Positions 1-9,205 of a DNA stretch of 64,000 bases are shown in pieces. The DNA lies in IMG/VR virus record IMGVR_UViG_3300047548_001236, positions 186,001 through 250,000 of that record. One strand, 5' to 3'. The position numbers and the translations under genes were made by a program. Positions within the stretch are counted from its first letter, which is position 1; each line of letters begins with the position of its first letter. The notes beneath the pieces were generated by a model, which searched no databases, was not told the origin of the DNA, and saw only the letters and a program-made list of their open reading frames with translations.

Positions 1-260
1 GCGACGTCGTCAAACGTCTTATCGATCACCATCTGATACACCTGATCGATAGTGAATGCTTTTGCGAACTCTTGCCCAACGAAAGCTGCATCACGTGCAT
101 CATCGAAGCGAGCGATTGTCACCATCGAATAGATCCCCTTGCCACGAGTCGCCTGAGCATAGGCCGAGTAAGCCCGGATCTTCGGGTTGACAGCAGTGAA
201 TTTATATGCATTCAGCGAGTCTTGGATCGGGGAAAGTTCGAGGCCATTACGGTCATACAT
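1..260 (-). CDS. hypothetical protein (3'-truncated by window edge)
   Basis: ATG at 260 with AAGGAG RBS and promoter upstream; frame open to window edge (MYDRNGLELSPIQDS...). Confidence 0.6.
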   Translation of the reverse strand, partial: MYDRNGLELSPIQDSLNAYKFTAVNPKIRAYSAYAQATRGKGIYSMVTIARFDDARDAAFVGQEFAKAFTIDQVYQMVIDKTFDDV

Positions 261-284
261 GTTAGATCTCCTTCTTGTGAGGAA

Positions 285-313
285 GATATAGTACAGAGAG
301 CACGTTTTGACAA
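285..313 (-). promoter_or_regulatory. sigma70-type early promoter
   Basis: TTGTCA-N17-TATATC upstream of an RBS/ATG. Confidence 0.6.
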
Positions 314-490
314 CTAGTCTTTTGATAAAATCAGACCAGATTCTGTTAGTTGAACACGAATGGTATCACCTTCTTGTAGACCGAGATACTGGACGATCTC
401 GTCGGGAATAACCATGTTAACGTTATCGGGATCTCCAGGGATCTCCTGGAAGATCTCTTCGACCTTCCAGGATTTATTTTTCACGCTCAT
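314..490 (-). CDS. small AbrB/MazE-like swapped-hairpin protein
   Basis: VIPDEIVQYLGLQEGDTIRVQLTESGLILSK fits the AbrB-like pattern; start chosen at MSVKNK. Confidence 0.5.
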   Translation of the reverse strand: MSVKNKSWKVEEIFQEIPGDPDNVNMVIPDEIVQYLGLQEGDTIRVQLTESGLILSKD

Positions 491-491
491 A

Positions 492-1049
492 TCAGTTACC
501 TGCCGGACGGAGTTGCATGGGTTGTTCGATGCCGGTTTCAAACGCTTCATCAGCGCGGGCAGTCGACACGATTTGGTATTCATCAAGATCGATTCGCGGA
601 TACCCAGCAACGCTCATCCATGTACCTTGCCAGAACGAACCGAGGGAGGTTTCGTAGATACGCTTCTGGTCAACCAGCTTGGTTTGAGCAGCAGCAAACT
701 CAATGCGACCAGCTTCAATCATACGTTGCAGTTGAACGTAAACAGTCGAATCAATCTGAGGGTTTTGCTCTTGGATGAATTGGAACACAGCTCGCGATCC
801 ATCTTTCCCATAGCGACCTTCCAAAGCAGCGGTGACAACAGCGGTCAGGTCATCACGTTGCATTGCTGGAACCTGAGCAGCTTCTGCTACACGATTACCA
901 TATTGAGCAAGAATGTTGCGGTTGTTTTCATCCGTGGCAACGATCGACCGTTCCATGCGGTTTGCGGTATTGTAGGCTGAGATGTAGCTGACCGCACCAG
1001 TACCCACGAAGGCTCCGAGAACGATAGCAGCAATAAGACCAGTCTTCAT
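492..1049 (-). CDS. N-terminally anchored LemA-like membrane protein
   Basis: single N-terminal TM followed by YN and a helical-bundle-like sequence; AGGAGA RBS. Confidence 0.45.
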   Translation of the reverse strand: MKTGLIAAIVLGAFVGTGAVSYISAYNTANRMERSIVATDENNRNILAQYGNRVAEAAQVPAMQRDDLTAVVTAALEGRYGKDGSRAVFQFIQEQNPQIDSTVYVQLQRMIEAGRIEFAAAQTKLVDQKRIYETSLGSFWQGTWMSVAGYPRIDLDEYQIVSTARADEAFETGIEQPMQLRPAGN

Positions 1050-1067
1050 TTTGTTTCTCCTTGATGA

Positions 1068-2210
1068 TCAATAACGGTTGTATCGGTTAAACGGCATCTT
1101 GCCGTCTCTGATGTCATTTCTGGTCAGAAAGATAGTAGTGACAGGAGTGATGATCAACAGAATAATACCAGCAATCACATACAGCCACGTCGGAGGAGGA
1201 ATATCATCAGCCAGGTATTCGAAGTCACTCATGTCTTGCATGACGAAGTGTTGAGTAACTGCGCTCTTAATTACATCGTTGATGCGAACGGGATCGATTG
1301 TACCGATCGCGAGAATCTCGTCGCGAATAACAATGTCGACCATCTCGTTCTCGCTCCAGCTACGAACATCGACCCATTGAATACGATTTTGTTCAACACC
1401 GATGGAAACGACCACATCGTTGATGTTGTGAGCGTCCCACGCCTGGGCGAGACCTTCTGCCCAGTTCTGATCCCCACTAACAACGTTAATGATCACATTT
1501 GCGCGGGTGTTGCGGATCTCTGAGTTCAGCACGGACAGATCTTCATTCCATTGTTCCACCGTTTCCGAGTCGGCTTGTACACCGAAGTAGATCACACGGC
1601 GAGACTTATAGTAGTCGTACGTGCTAGGATATGCAATCGGTGGGACGTCTTCCAGCTTTTGGTTGAACAGGGTATCTGCTGCACCTTTAATGTAGTTGGA
1701 ATACGACACTTCCATCGTAACAGGATCACCGAGTTCAATCTCTGCAAAGCGAGGAGGAGTGATTGTGCCCTGAGCATCGACTCGGCGAATCTCATATGAC
1801 GAAGGAATATCAGACGAAACGAAGTAGCGAATCTCCCACGGATAGACTGAACGATATTGAGTCTTATACCGCGGCGTGCACGTCCTTTTCCCTTTTGAAT
1901 CTGTTGTACATGTTTGACCATCCCGTACTTGACGGGTTTGTTGATTTGTACAGAAACTATCAGGCCAGTCACGCCAAAACTGGTTGCACGATTCCCGTTG
2001 TGCGTTTGTATCGGTCACCACTCCGTTGACAAGCATCACATCAGCCGTTTGAGAATGGTATCCCGCCATCGACAGTAGAGTGATCACAATTGCTGTCAGC
2101 GCACCTTGAATTCCCATTTCAAACCACGAAAACTCGTGGTGATACTTCACCTTGGCGATCAGCACCCACGCGAAAAGAGGAATCAAGAAAAGAAGAATCG
2201 TTGCACCCAT
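1068..2210 (-). CDS. membrane protein (2 N-terminal TM, Cys-rich soluble domain, C-terminal TM)
   Basis: hydrophobic segments; RBS; adjacent to the LemA-like gene. Confidence 0.6.
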   Translation of the reverse strand: MGATILLFLIPLFAWVLIAKVKYHHEFSWFEMGIQGALTAIVITLLSMAGYHSQTADVMLVNGVVTDTNAQRESCNQFWRDWPDSFCTNQQTRQVRDGQTCTTDSKGKRTCTPRYKTQYRSVYPWEIRYFVSSDIPSSYEIRRVDAQGTITPPRFAEIELGDPVTMEVSYSNYIKGAADTLFNQKLEDVPPIAYPSTYDYYKSRRVIYFGVQADSETVEQWNEDLSVLNSEIRNTRANVIINVVSGDQNWAEGLAQAWDAHNINDVVVSIGVEQNRIQWVDVRSWSENEMVDIVIRDEILAIGTIDPVRINDVIKSAVTQHFVMQDMSDFEYLADDIPPPTWLYVIAGIILLIITPVTTIFLTRNDIRDGKMPFNRYNRY

Positions 2211-2222
2211 TGCAATCTCCTG

Positions 2223-2531
2223 TCAGTGCATTGTGGTTGATGGCATATCCAGATAATCCATCATTTTGTAGGTATGCTCCTCATACCCTTGTTTGATGAT
2301 GTCAACACACGAAACGTAATCGTCACTGTTAGTTGTGATTACGGGGAAGATCATGTTGTTGGACATCAGAGGGAGGACCGTCGCAAAGAAATCCTTTGCA
2401 TGTTCGGGTGAGTCGAATCCGAAGGCTTTGGGAATGCCAAACGGATCCGTTTTGCTGAACACAGCATAACCTGCGACGGACCCCAAGAAGATTCCCTTCT
2501 CGGGGTTGATGGCGATTGTACGTTTCTTCAT
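2223..2531 (-). CDS. hypothetical protein
   Basis: ORF coupled to upstream gene (ATGA overlap). Confidence 0.65.
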   Translation of the reverse strand: MKKRTIAINPEKGIFLGSVAGYAVFSKTDPFGIPKAFGFDSPEHAKDFFATVLPLMSNNMIFPVITTNSDDYVSCVDIIKQGYEEHTYKMMDYLDMPSTTMH

Positions 2532-3304
2532 GCGATCAATTTCACTCCTCCAGTAGGACCATCCTGCACTTCACGGTTGAAGCGGACACGGTCACCAGCT
2601 TCTTGGCCAGCCAGGTATGCACCGACGTTCACCTTCGGCTTCCCACCGCTGTAACCTTTTTTCATTTCAGCGAGGTTCAATTCTTCACGAGCAGCGCGCT
2701 CGACCAGCTGATGCTTGAGAACGATCAGTTGGTTGCCAGTAGCATTCTTCTTCACGTTTTCTTGCTTGAGTTCGGTCAGACGATTCCGCAGACGAACTGC
2801 CATCCCGATCAGGAACGACTTCCGAGCGGCTTTGCGCTGACCCGTGGGGAGACGCGACGAGAACATCTTCCATTCATATTCCATTGCAGCGTCGCAGACC
2901 TTGTAGATGTACTCTGCCAGCTCGACGTCAACTGCAAAGCCGTAGAACGTCAGATTCGAAGAGGTGTTCATGCGACGCTTGCCGTTAACGGTGCGACCCT
3001 GCTTGAACCCTGCAAACTCGAGGTCATTCCACACTTTGGTGTCAGTGTAGCGACCGATCGCCGCCGCGACGTAGTGGTCCAGAACCGACAGCTTCTTGCC
3101 ATCGTTGAAACGACGCTTGATGAAGTCCGACTGTTTGACACCTTTGTTGAGTTCTTCCAGGGTGATCCCGTGTTCAGCCATCAACTGCTCGGCACGAGCC
3201 ATTGCGCTGAATGCTTCCATTTCCGAAGCACCGTTGTCGACGGTCTTTTTCAGAAGAGCTTCGATCTTGGTGCGGACTTTGTCAAGGTTGCTCATTGTGA
3301 TCAT
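2528..3304 (-). CDS. DUF2786-domain protein
   Basis: KIEALL...GASEMEAFSAMARAEQLMAEHGI N-terminal motif; FYG..DVELAEY and RKSFLIG downstream. Confidence 0.75.
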   Translation of the reverse strand: MITMSNLDKVRTKIEALLKKTVDNGASEMEAFSAMARAEQLMAEHGITLEELNKGVKQSDFIKRRFNDGKKLSVLDHYVAAAIGRYTDTKVWNDLEFAGFKQGRTVNGKRRMNTSSNLTFYGFAVDVELAEYIYKVCDAAMEYEWKMFSSRLPTGQRKAARKSFLIGMAVRLRNRLTELKQENVKKNATGNQLIVLKHQLVERAAREELNLAEMKKGYSGGKPKVNVGAYLAGQEAGDRVRFNREVQDGPTGGVKLIA

Positions 3305-3328
3305 CTCCGTGTTTCATCACATGCCCGT

Positions 3329-3357
3329 CATATAGAGTGGCTTTGATTTCAAGTCAA
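3329..3357 (-). promoter_or_regulatory. sigma70-type early promoter
   Basis: TTGACT-N17-TATATG. Confidence 0.75.
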
Positions 3358-3761
3358 CCGAACAGTACACTCAATAATGCAGATAAAAGGTGAAGACCCA
3401 AAATACCGCCAAAGATTGCAAACAGAATCCACACAATAAGGTAGTCCCAAAACAGCGACCCGCTTGACCGTCTCTCACTCGGATCTCGGTCCCACTCCCA
3501 CGAATACATTGGCAGTGGTTCTGCAGGATTTCGTTTAGGCTTCGAATGTTTTTCCAACCGTTGTGTCGAGTATGAACCGTCCCCATACCGAGTTGTGATA
3601 GTGGTGTATGAGTGACCCTGGTTGTCGCTCGTTTGCGTCACTCTCACATTGCCTGTCTTGAGAGACGATGATTGAGTGACGCGACCGTTAGACGATTGAG
3701 TAGTTGTGTGACGACGGTTTCCGTTTGTGTGAGAATGGCGAGTGTGACGGTGCTTGCTCAT
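3354..3761 (-). CDS. hypothetical membrane protein
   Basis: C-terminal TM; start at MSKHRH overlaps upstream stop. Confidence 0.5.
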   Translation of the reverse strand: MSKHRHTRHSHTNGNRRHTTTQSSNGRVTQSSSLKTGNVRVTQTSDNQGHSYTTITTRYGDGSYSTQRLEKHSKPKRNPAEPLPMYSWEWDRDPSERRSSGSLFWDYLIVWILFAIFGGILGLHLLSALLSVLFG

Positions 3762-4210
3762 TGCTTTTCTCCCAGCTTTGCAAGGATCTCCCACATAAAC
3801 CGGTGGTAACGAGCCACGCGCTCGATGTCTTTCTCAGACACACCTTTCAGACGACGTGCGTCCGTATTGTGCGTCAGGTCAGCTTTCTTGACCTTCATAG
3901 CATCAACGTTTGAGAACACGCCAGCCTTGTATTCTTCATACGTTTGGCCGGGCATTTTCGTCAGCAGACGGACTGCCTCGATCACACGGTCCGTCATCCC
4001 TGCATCTCGCAGATCTTGGAACGACGTCTTTGTGTCTTCGATCACATCGTGCAGAAGAGCGACGCATTGCAGCTCCTCGTCCGTCTCCTCAAGTAAGGAC
4101 ATAACTTTGAACGGATGAAGGATGTAAGGATTGCCACCTTTATCGAACTGCCCGTGATGAGCATTGGTAGCAATCAGAATCGCCTTAGAGAGCAGTTCAC
4201 CTTTTTTCAT
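3758..4210 (-). CDS. small alarmone hydrolase (RelA/SpoT HD domain, Mesh1-like)
   Basis: AHHGQ.DKGG.PYILHP, ALLHDVIED and VKKADLTHN motifs. Confidence 0.85.
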   Translation of the reverse strand: MKKGELLSKAILIATNAHHGQFDKGGNPYILHPFKVMSLLEETDEELQCVALLHDVIEDTKTSFQDLRDAGMTDRVIEAVRLLTKMPGQTYEEYKAGVFSNVDAMKVKKADLTHNTDARRLKGVSEKDIERVARYHRFMWEILAKLGEKQ

Positions 4211-4521
4211 TATTTTTCTCCGATGCAGGAAAGTAGTTGGTTGGCATAGATGCCGATCCGCATGTTACCATTCTTGTCACGAACGCGCCAGTATGCAGCT
4301 TGCTTGGGGCTGAATTTCCCCGTCTTTTGAAAATACTGCGCCATCTTTGTGCCGACGGAAGCATGGCAGGGACGGAAGCCTCTGTTGTTACGATGCTTGG
4401 CGTCAAGAGCTTGCTGCTCGTCAAAGGTCTGACGTTCGTTCAGACGAACCAGAGCCCGAGCCACAGCAACGTCGTTGGTTGCGAGCAGGTCGATGATCTT
4501 TTCTTTGGTCCAGATGGTCAT
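4210..4521 (-). CDS. hypothetical protein
   Basis: AAGGAG RBS before MTIWTK. Confidence 0.65.
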   Translation of the reverse strand: MTIWTKEKIIDLLATNDVAVARALVRLNERQTFDEQQALDAKHRNNRGFRPCHASVGTKMAQYFQKTGKFSPKQAAYWRVRDKNGNMRIGIYANQLLSCIGEK

Positions 4522-4577
4522 GTGACTGTTCTCCTTTGGTAAGAAGAACATCATAGTTTCGTAAACCAAAGTCAATA

Positions 4578-5234
4578 TCAAAAAGCCACGCGCTCTCTGA
4601 TTTTTTTGAACTCATCGATGTAGTTTTCGGCTTTCTCCACAAAGATGATTGGATCTTCGTGGTCGACTGTCATCACCGTGACAATCTGGGGTATTGCCAT
4701 TCCTGTCCGCTCATAGAACATCTGAGCGTAGCAACTTTCTTGCAGGAAGTAGTTGGTGATATTCTCTTTCGTCTTGATCTTCTTACTGGTCTTAAAGTCA
4801 ACGATTGACCACACACCATCCCACTTAGCTACGCAGTCTGAACGTCCTGCCACTCTCAACGTATCAGAGTACAGAGGTATTTCAAGCCCTGCAATCAGAC
4901 CTATGTGTTTGTCAAGGAACGGTCTGATTCTATTGAAGCTCTCGATGTTAGAAGGCATATGACCCTTTTTATAGTTGGGGTCGTTCTTTAGGTAGTGCTC
5001 AGCAAGCTCATGTACAGCTGAACCTCTGATTGAGGCTCTTGTTTGAACACGTTTGACCTCCTCAGCGCCAACACGAGCTTTCCACTTTTCCAACCACGTG
5101 CTGTCTGTCCCAGCGGATAGAACAGTCGTTACCGAAGGATAACGGTTACCCTCTGGAGTAATGTAAATTCTACCTTTGTCTGTCATCTCATCTTGTAGAG
5201 ATGGCAGCTTAAGCTCTGGAACGTGTCTGAACAT
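4578..5234 (-). CDS. PD-(D/E)XK exonuclease (Cas4-like, T4-like phage family)
   Basis: YPSVTTVL, RGSAVHELAE, AGRSD, IVDFKTS, Q...YA motifs. Confidence 0.85.
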   Translation of the reverse strand: MFRHVPELKLPSLQDEMTDKGRIYITPEGNRYPSVTTVLSAGTDSTWLEKWKARVGAEEVKRVQTRASIRGSAVHELAEHYLKNDPNYKKGHMPSNIESFNRIRPFLDKHIGLIAGLEIPLYSDTLRVAGRSDCVAKWDGVWSIVDFKTSKKIKTKENITNYFLQESCYAQMFYERTGMAIPQIVTVMTVDHEDPIIFVEKAENYIDEFKKIRERVAF

Positions 5235-5698
5235 TATTCCATCAAATCCTCTACCTTGACGTAGTCGAACGTCAAAGGAAATGTTGGCAATACTTTTGTG
5301 GATATGTCAACGGGTTTACGTGCGTATGAAAGGGATATGTGAGGGATGTAGTCGTCCCATTGGTCTTGATATCCAAGATCCTCATACTTCTTACGCAGCA
5401 TAGCAAGTGCACCAGACACTTCAACTTTCATCACGGGGACGTCTTTGTTCTCACCAAGCAAGCTGAAACCAATAGGGTGGACAGTATGCTTCTCGATTAG
5501 CTTGTAGCCAGGTTCTTGTTCGCGATGGTCGACGTCATTTGATGTGTAGAACACTGTTGTGTGGAATTCATAATCGTTAGGATCTTTTGGTTCGCCACTA
5601 TAACCATATCCGAGATCGAAGCTGTTTTCTGTAGCCCATTCTCGTAGTCTATTCTGAGTTGTGTCATCATATATGACAGCCACATATTTTCTTGTCAT
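5234..5698 (-). CDS. acb1: 2H phosphodiesterase, T4 gp57B / anti-CBASS Acb1-like
   Basis: two 2H motifs FHTTVFY and YIPHISLSY in a ~150-aa protein. Confidence 0.75.
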   Translation of the reverse strand: MTRKYVAVIYDDTTQNRLREWATENSFDLGYGYSGEPKDPNDYEFHTTVFYTSNDVDHREQEPGYKLIEKHTVHPIGFSLLGENKDVPVMKVEVSGALAMLRKKYEDLGYQDQWDDYIPHISLSYARKPVDISTKVLPTFPLTFDYVKVEDLME

Positions 5699-5709
5699 GT
5701 TATATTCAC

Positions 5710-6021
5710 CTAAGATGTTGACACCGTTCCTGACGAGGATACGATTGTTGCTCTGTATGGACCGCCACCGACTGAATCGCTTTGTCTTGCTGCAAGTAAA
5801 GCAGCTTCGAGTGTAGATGAAACTTGATCAGCCGATGTAATAATTCTACTGACATGACCACAATCCGCGATCACCATATCATCTTTCCGAGCAAGTTGCA
5901 AGCCGTTAGCGCTAACTGTGCCCGATGCTGTTACTATTGTACCGCCTACGGTTATTGGCGGATCGTGTGCAAAGCATGTACCGATCGTTCGATCGTTCTG
6001 TCTCGCAACGCCTCTACTCAT
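5710..6021 (-). CDS. PAAR-repeat spike-tip protein (gp5.4-like)
   Basis: VARQND, LARKDD..CGH, AARQSD repeats. Confidence 0.8.
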   Translation of the reverse strand: MSRGVARQNDRTIGTCFAHDPPITVGGTIVTASGTVSANGLQLARKDDMVIADCGHVSRIITSADQVSSTLEAALLAARQSDSVGGGPYRATIVSSSGTVSTS

Positions 6022-6758
6022 TATACCTTACCTTTCAACGATTGTATAGTGCTATTTAACGTCGACAGCAAGGTTGTCGGTGTACTTGGATTTACAATTG
6101 ACCCTGAAAGGGTGTTACGGGTCGAAAGCACTGCGTTGTAAAGCGACGACTGTCCTAAATTTGAAGATATTTCTGAGACGCTAAGGTTATTACGGACACC
6201 GTCTATGATGACGCTTGCGCCACTAGATACCTGATTGTTTGCGACGACGCTAGCTACAATTGACGAGCTGACAGCAGGAATTACTCTAACTGTTTTTGAC
6301 AAAGCAGGTAGTATTCCGCTGATTGAGTTGTCAATGGTTGAGACCATCACTTCCGCGACTTGCGTATCGTATGAATTGATGGTTGTTACGATTGTGCTAA
6401 AATCAGCATTTATCGAAGCAATTTCTCCTGGTAGGTACGAACCATAGTTATCCAGGACATCGCCAGCCAACGAAGAGGCAACGGCAGTGTTTGAGTCTAT
6501 TGAACCAACAGCATTGATAAATGGACCAAGCTGTTGTGAAAAAGCAGATTTGCTTTGAGCGATTAACGTGTTGATTGCGTTATTCGAATATGGTGTAACG
6601 CTACCAAAAATCGTCTCTGCTGTTCCAGCGAGGATCACAGCCTGTTCAAGGTTAGAATGTATGCTGTCAACAACAAGAGCTATTCGTTCTGCTGCGTTGT
6701 TAGCAGTCGTTGGTGTGTCAAAAATCATAACGCCTCTTTGTATAAAAAGGGTCTGCAA
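6021..6758 (-). CDS. putative late/structural protein
   Basis: S/T/N/A-rich; CATAAATA late-promoter variant upstream; coupled to the PAAR gene; start uncertain (6728-6758). Confidence 0.5.
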   Translation of the reverse strand: MQTLFIQRGVMIFDTPTTANNAAERIALVVDSIHSNLEQAVILAGTAETIFGSVTPYSNNAINTLIAQSKSAFSQQLGPFINAVGSIDSNTAVASSLAGDVLDNYGSYLPGEIASINADFSTIVTTINSYDTQVAEVMVSTIDNSISGILPALSKTVRVIPAVSSSIVASVVANNQVSSGASVIIDGVRNNLSVSEISSNLGQSSLYNAVLSTRNTLSGSIVNPSTPTTLLSTLNSTIQSLKGKV

Positions 6759-6782
6759 CTAGGTGAAGCAGACCCTTTCTAT

Positions 6783-7520
6783 TTATGCGATCTCTAGTTC
6801 TCTTTCTTTAGCGATCAAGTATTCGCGGACGAGGCCCGATCTCACGATATCGTCTGTTGTGAACTCGATAACAGCAAAACCGTCCATCTTACTGATCACT
6901 CGGATGAAGTCTTTCAGACCCGATACATCAGCGCGGTGCTTTGATATCTTGAGGTCATCTTGCTTCATATCACCACAGAAGATGATCTTTGAGCTTTCGC
7001 CAACACGAGTAATTACAGTGTCGAGTTCTTGGTAGGTCATGTTCTGACATTCATCGACAATAATGATTGCATTGTCGAATGTCAGACCTCTAACAAAAGA
7101 GGTTGACATGAATTTTACCATGCCCTTACCTTTAAGAATTTGGTATGCGTCACCTCTTCCAAACAGATCGTTAACAATGTCTTGGTATGGGGTTTCATAA
7201 TATCCCATCTTCTCCGTAAGGGATCCAGGCATGAATCCTTGCTCTCTTGATTGTACTGCAGAGCGGATGATGATGAGCTGGTCGTAATTTTCATTTTCGA
7301 GAACATCTTCAATTGCAAGCGCCATTGAAAGATATGTCTTTCCTGTACCGGCGCTTCCGATGTTTGCTATATGAGAGCCATTTTGATACGCTTTGACAAC
7401 CTTCTCTTGGTTTTTAGTCATTGGCGTAATGCGCTTCATAGCAAACTTCTTATTCAATATGTTCTCAACCTCCACTTCTTGTTGTCTTTTCTGTCTACGA
7501 CTTAGACGCTTGTTGGACAT
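6783..7520 (-). CDS. phoH: PhoH-family ATPase
   Basis: GSAGTGKT, GFMPG, FVRGLTF, DECQN, CGDMKQ motifs. Confidence 0.93.
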   Translation of the reverse strand: MSNKRLSRRQKRQQEVEVENILNKKFAMKRITPMTKNQEKVVKAYQNGSHIANIGSAGTGKTYLSMALAIEDVLENENYDQLIIIRSAVQSREQGFMPGSLTEKMGYYETPYQDIVNDLFGRGDAYQILKGKGMVKFMSTSFVRGLTFDNAIIIVDECQNMTYQELDTVITRVGESSKIIFCGDMKQDDLKISKHRADVSGLKDFIRVISKMDGFAVIEFTTDDIVRSGLVREYLIAKERELEIA

Positions 7521-7540
7521 GAGGCCTCCTTGCAATCCCG

Positions 7541-7774
7541 TTAAGGATCGATTGTTGAGTGTTTATGTGCTGATTTAGCTTTTGAAAGAACATCGCGAAA
7601 CGAGTTGTCGGTCTTGCGAATACCGACACGTACCGGGTCAACGACTCCCGGAAATTTGATGAAAATTTGTTGGTGATCTGGATTGAGTTGTAGGTATTCC
7701 TGCAGCTCGGAATACTTCATGGTAACTTCAAACTCTTCGTGAGTCTGGTTATTTCGAATTGAGTAGACGGGCAT
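7541..7774 (-). CDS. small conserved T4-like phage protein
   Basis: MPVYS..N..T.EEFE N-terminus; AGGAG RBS; immediately upstream of phoH. Confidence 0.65.
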   Translation of the reverse strand: MPVYSIRNNQTHEEFEVTMKYSELQEYLQLNPDHQQIFIKFPGVVDPVRVGIRKTDNSFRDVLSKAKSAHKHSTIDP

Positions 7775-7788
7775 AAATTCTCCTAAAC

Positions 7789-7818
7789 AAAAAGGGGATG
7801 GTCACGTAGACCATCCCC
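7789..7818 (-). terminator. intrinsic terminator
   Basis: 10-bp stem GGGGATGGTC/GACCATCCCC followed by a U-run on the minus strand. Confidence 0.75.
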
Positions 7819-7857
7819 ATCAAATAAATCATATCTACTTGTGATCTACCCATGTAT

Positions 7858-8466
7858 TTATACAGGATGCAAGCTCTCTCCAGTGATATATGAGTAGATT
7901 TCTTTCCAGTTGTGTACCCTTGGAATCAAAGGGTGCTTGTAGTCCAGATTGTAGTGTTGGTTGAACAACAAAGGTTTCAACCCATATTTGAGACCATACT
8001 CTGCATTCTCTGGCACATCTTCTACCCAAAAGCATCCAGAGTTAGCATAGCTATGTAGAATTCCATCCTTTGCTTTTGAGTCTCCACACAGAATCAGACG
8101 TTCAAACGTAGTTTTTCCAAACATGTCGTGGATATTTTTCCAGCGAGCATCCCGAGAGGCAGGAATATCTGGGATTGCTGTAATGCAGTGAAACACGTAT
8201 CCATGTTCTTCGTGCAACTTGCGAATATACTTGATAGCATCTTTCATAGGCGGAAGAGTTGCCAGAGCAGCACTTTCATTGAACATCTTAGAAAGAAGAT
8301 TGCCTAGATCTGGAGTGATGTCATACTTCATATCCAGATCGTATTCGCCGGGATTGGGGCGTCCATAACCATTGGAGAACATCCACATAGCGAATGCATG
8401 CTCCCAGTATGCACACACGCCATCGTAATCCACGAGGATCACATTATCATAAAGAACGTCGGTCAC
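7858..8466 (-). CDS. HAD-superfamily nucleotidase (T4 30.2-like)
   Basis: DYDGV, ITA, WVEDVPEN, HYN motifs. Confidence 0.8.
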   Translation of the reverse strand: MTDVLYDNVILVDYDGVCAYWEHAFAMWMFSNGYGRPNPGEYDLDMKYDITPDLGNLLSKMFNESAALATLPPMKDAIKYIRKLHEEHGYVFHCITAIPDIPASRDARWKNIHDMFGKTTFERLILCGDSKAKDGILHSYANSGCFWVEDVPENAEYGLKYGLKPLLFNQHYNLDYKHPLIPRVHNWKEIYSYITGESLHPV

Positions 8467-8468
8467 TG

Positions 8469-8975
8469 TTAATCCCTTTGTGGTTGGTGAAGACTGTAGA
8501 TTTGAACAGCATCCAAAATCTGTTCAAGTTGTTTCCTCGTGCTTTTGAAATCTTTATGCTGAATCGCAATCCCGCCATGCTCACGCCACGGAATGCAATT
8601 CTTTTCAAAGTCGTCGATCAGCACATCGCCAGGAGAATGCATAAACAAACACTTGTTCTTGCCTCCCATCATGGGAATCACTGTGACATCCGGCGACAGG
8701 TGTTCATACACCCAAGCTCTCTTCTGCACCGCTGCAACTGTGTAATTTGTCTTGGGACATGCAGTAAGGATGGTTGGGTTGAGATGTTGAATGCTATTGA
8801 AGAAATCAAGAGCACCTTCACAAAGTGGTAAGTTCCTGAAGAAGTTTCCGTGGCCGTTGATCCACTTCCACAGTGTGGGGTCATCCAGCGATTCGCTAGC
8901 GACTCCAAACTGTTCGAGGAAATACCTATCAAAGTCAGCCATGACCCCATCGAGGTCAAGATATATCCGTCTCAT
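8469..8975 (-). CDS. HAD 5'(3')-deoxyribonucleotidase-like protein
   Basis: DLDGVMADF, ILTA, QK..W, LIDDFEKN motifs. Confidence 0.85.
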   Translation of the reverse strand: MRRIYLDLDGVMADFDRYFLEQFGVASESLDDPTLWKWINGHGNFFRNLPLCEGALDFFNSIQHLNPTILTACPKTNYTVAAVQKRAWVYEHLSPDVTVIPMMGGKNKCLFMHSPGDVLIDDFEKNCIPWREHGGIAIQHKDFKSTRKQLEQILDAVQIYSLHQPQRD

Positions 8976-9205
8976 AATCTTTCCTATATTAAAGACGAAA
9001 ATTATTCATCGTCTTTGTCAAATCTAGAGTATTTCTCTCCAGCCTTCTTGCGGCGCTCATCTCTCCGATGTTTCAGTTTCTGATCCTTACGACGACGGTC
9101 ATCGTCATCATCATCGCCCCACTCATCCCAGTCTTGGCGGAACTCCTTGAACGTCTTAGGCATCGTAGTAATGAACTCCTTTGTTGATGCTCTTGTTATA
9201 CTAAA

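Noticed and set aside
4578-5234. Cas4 / CRISPR adaptation gene
   Set aside because: It lacks the four-Cys Fe-S motif and has no cas context; a common T4-like exonuclease
9003-9164. Small ORF starting MPKTFKEF as an internal head protein
   Set aside because: It resembles the T4 IPI start but lacks the I/L-x-E cleavage site and a clear late promoter
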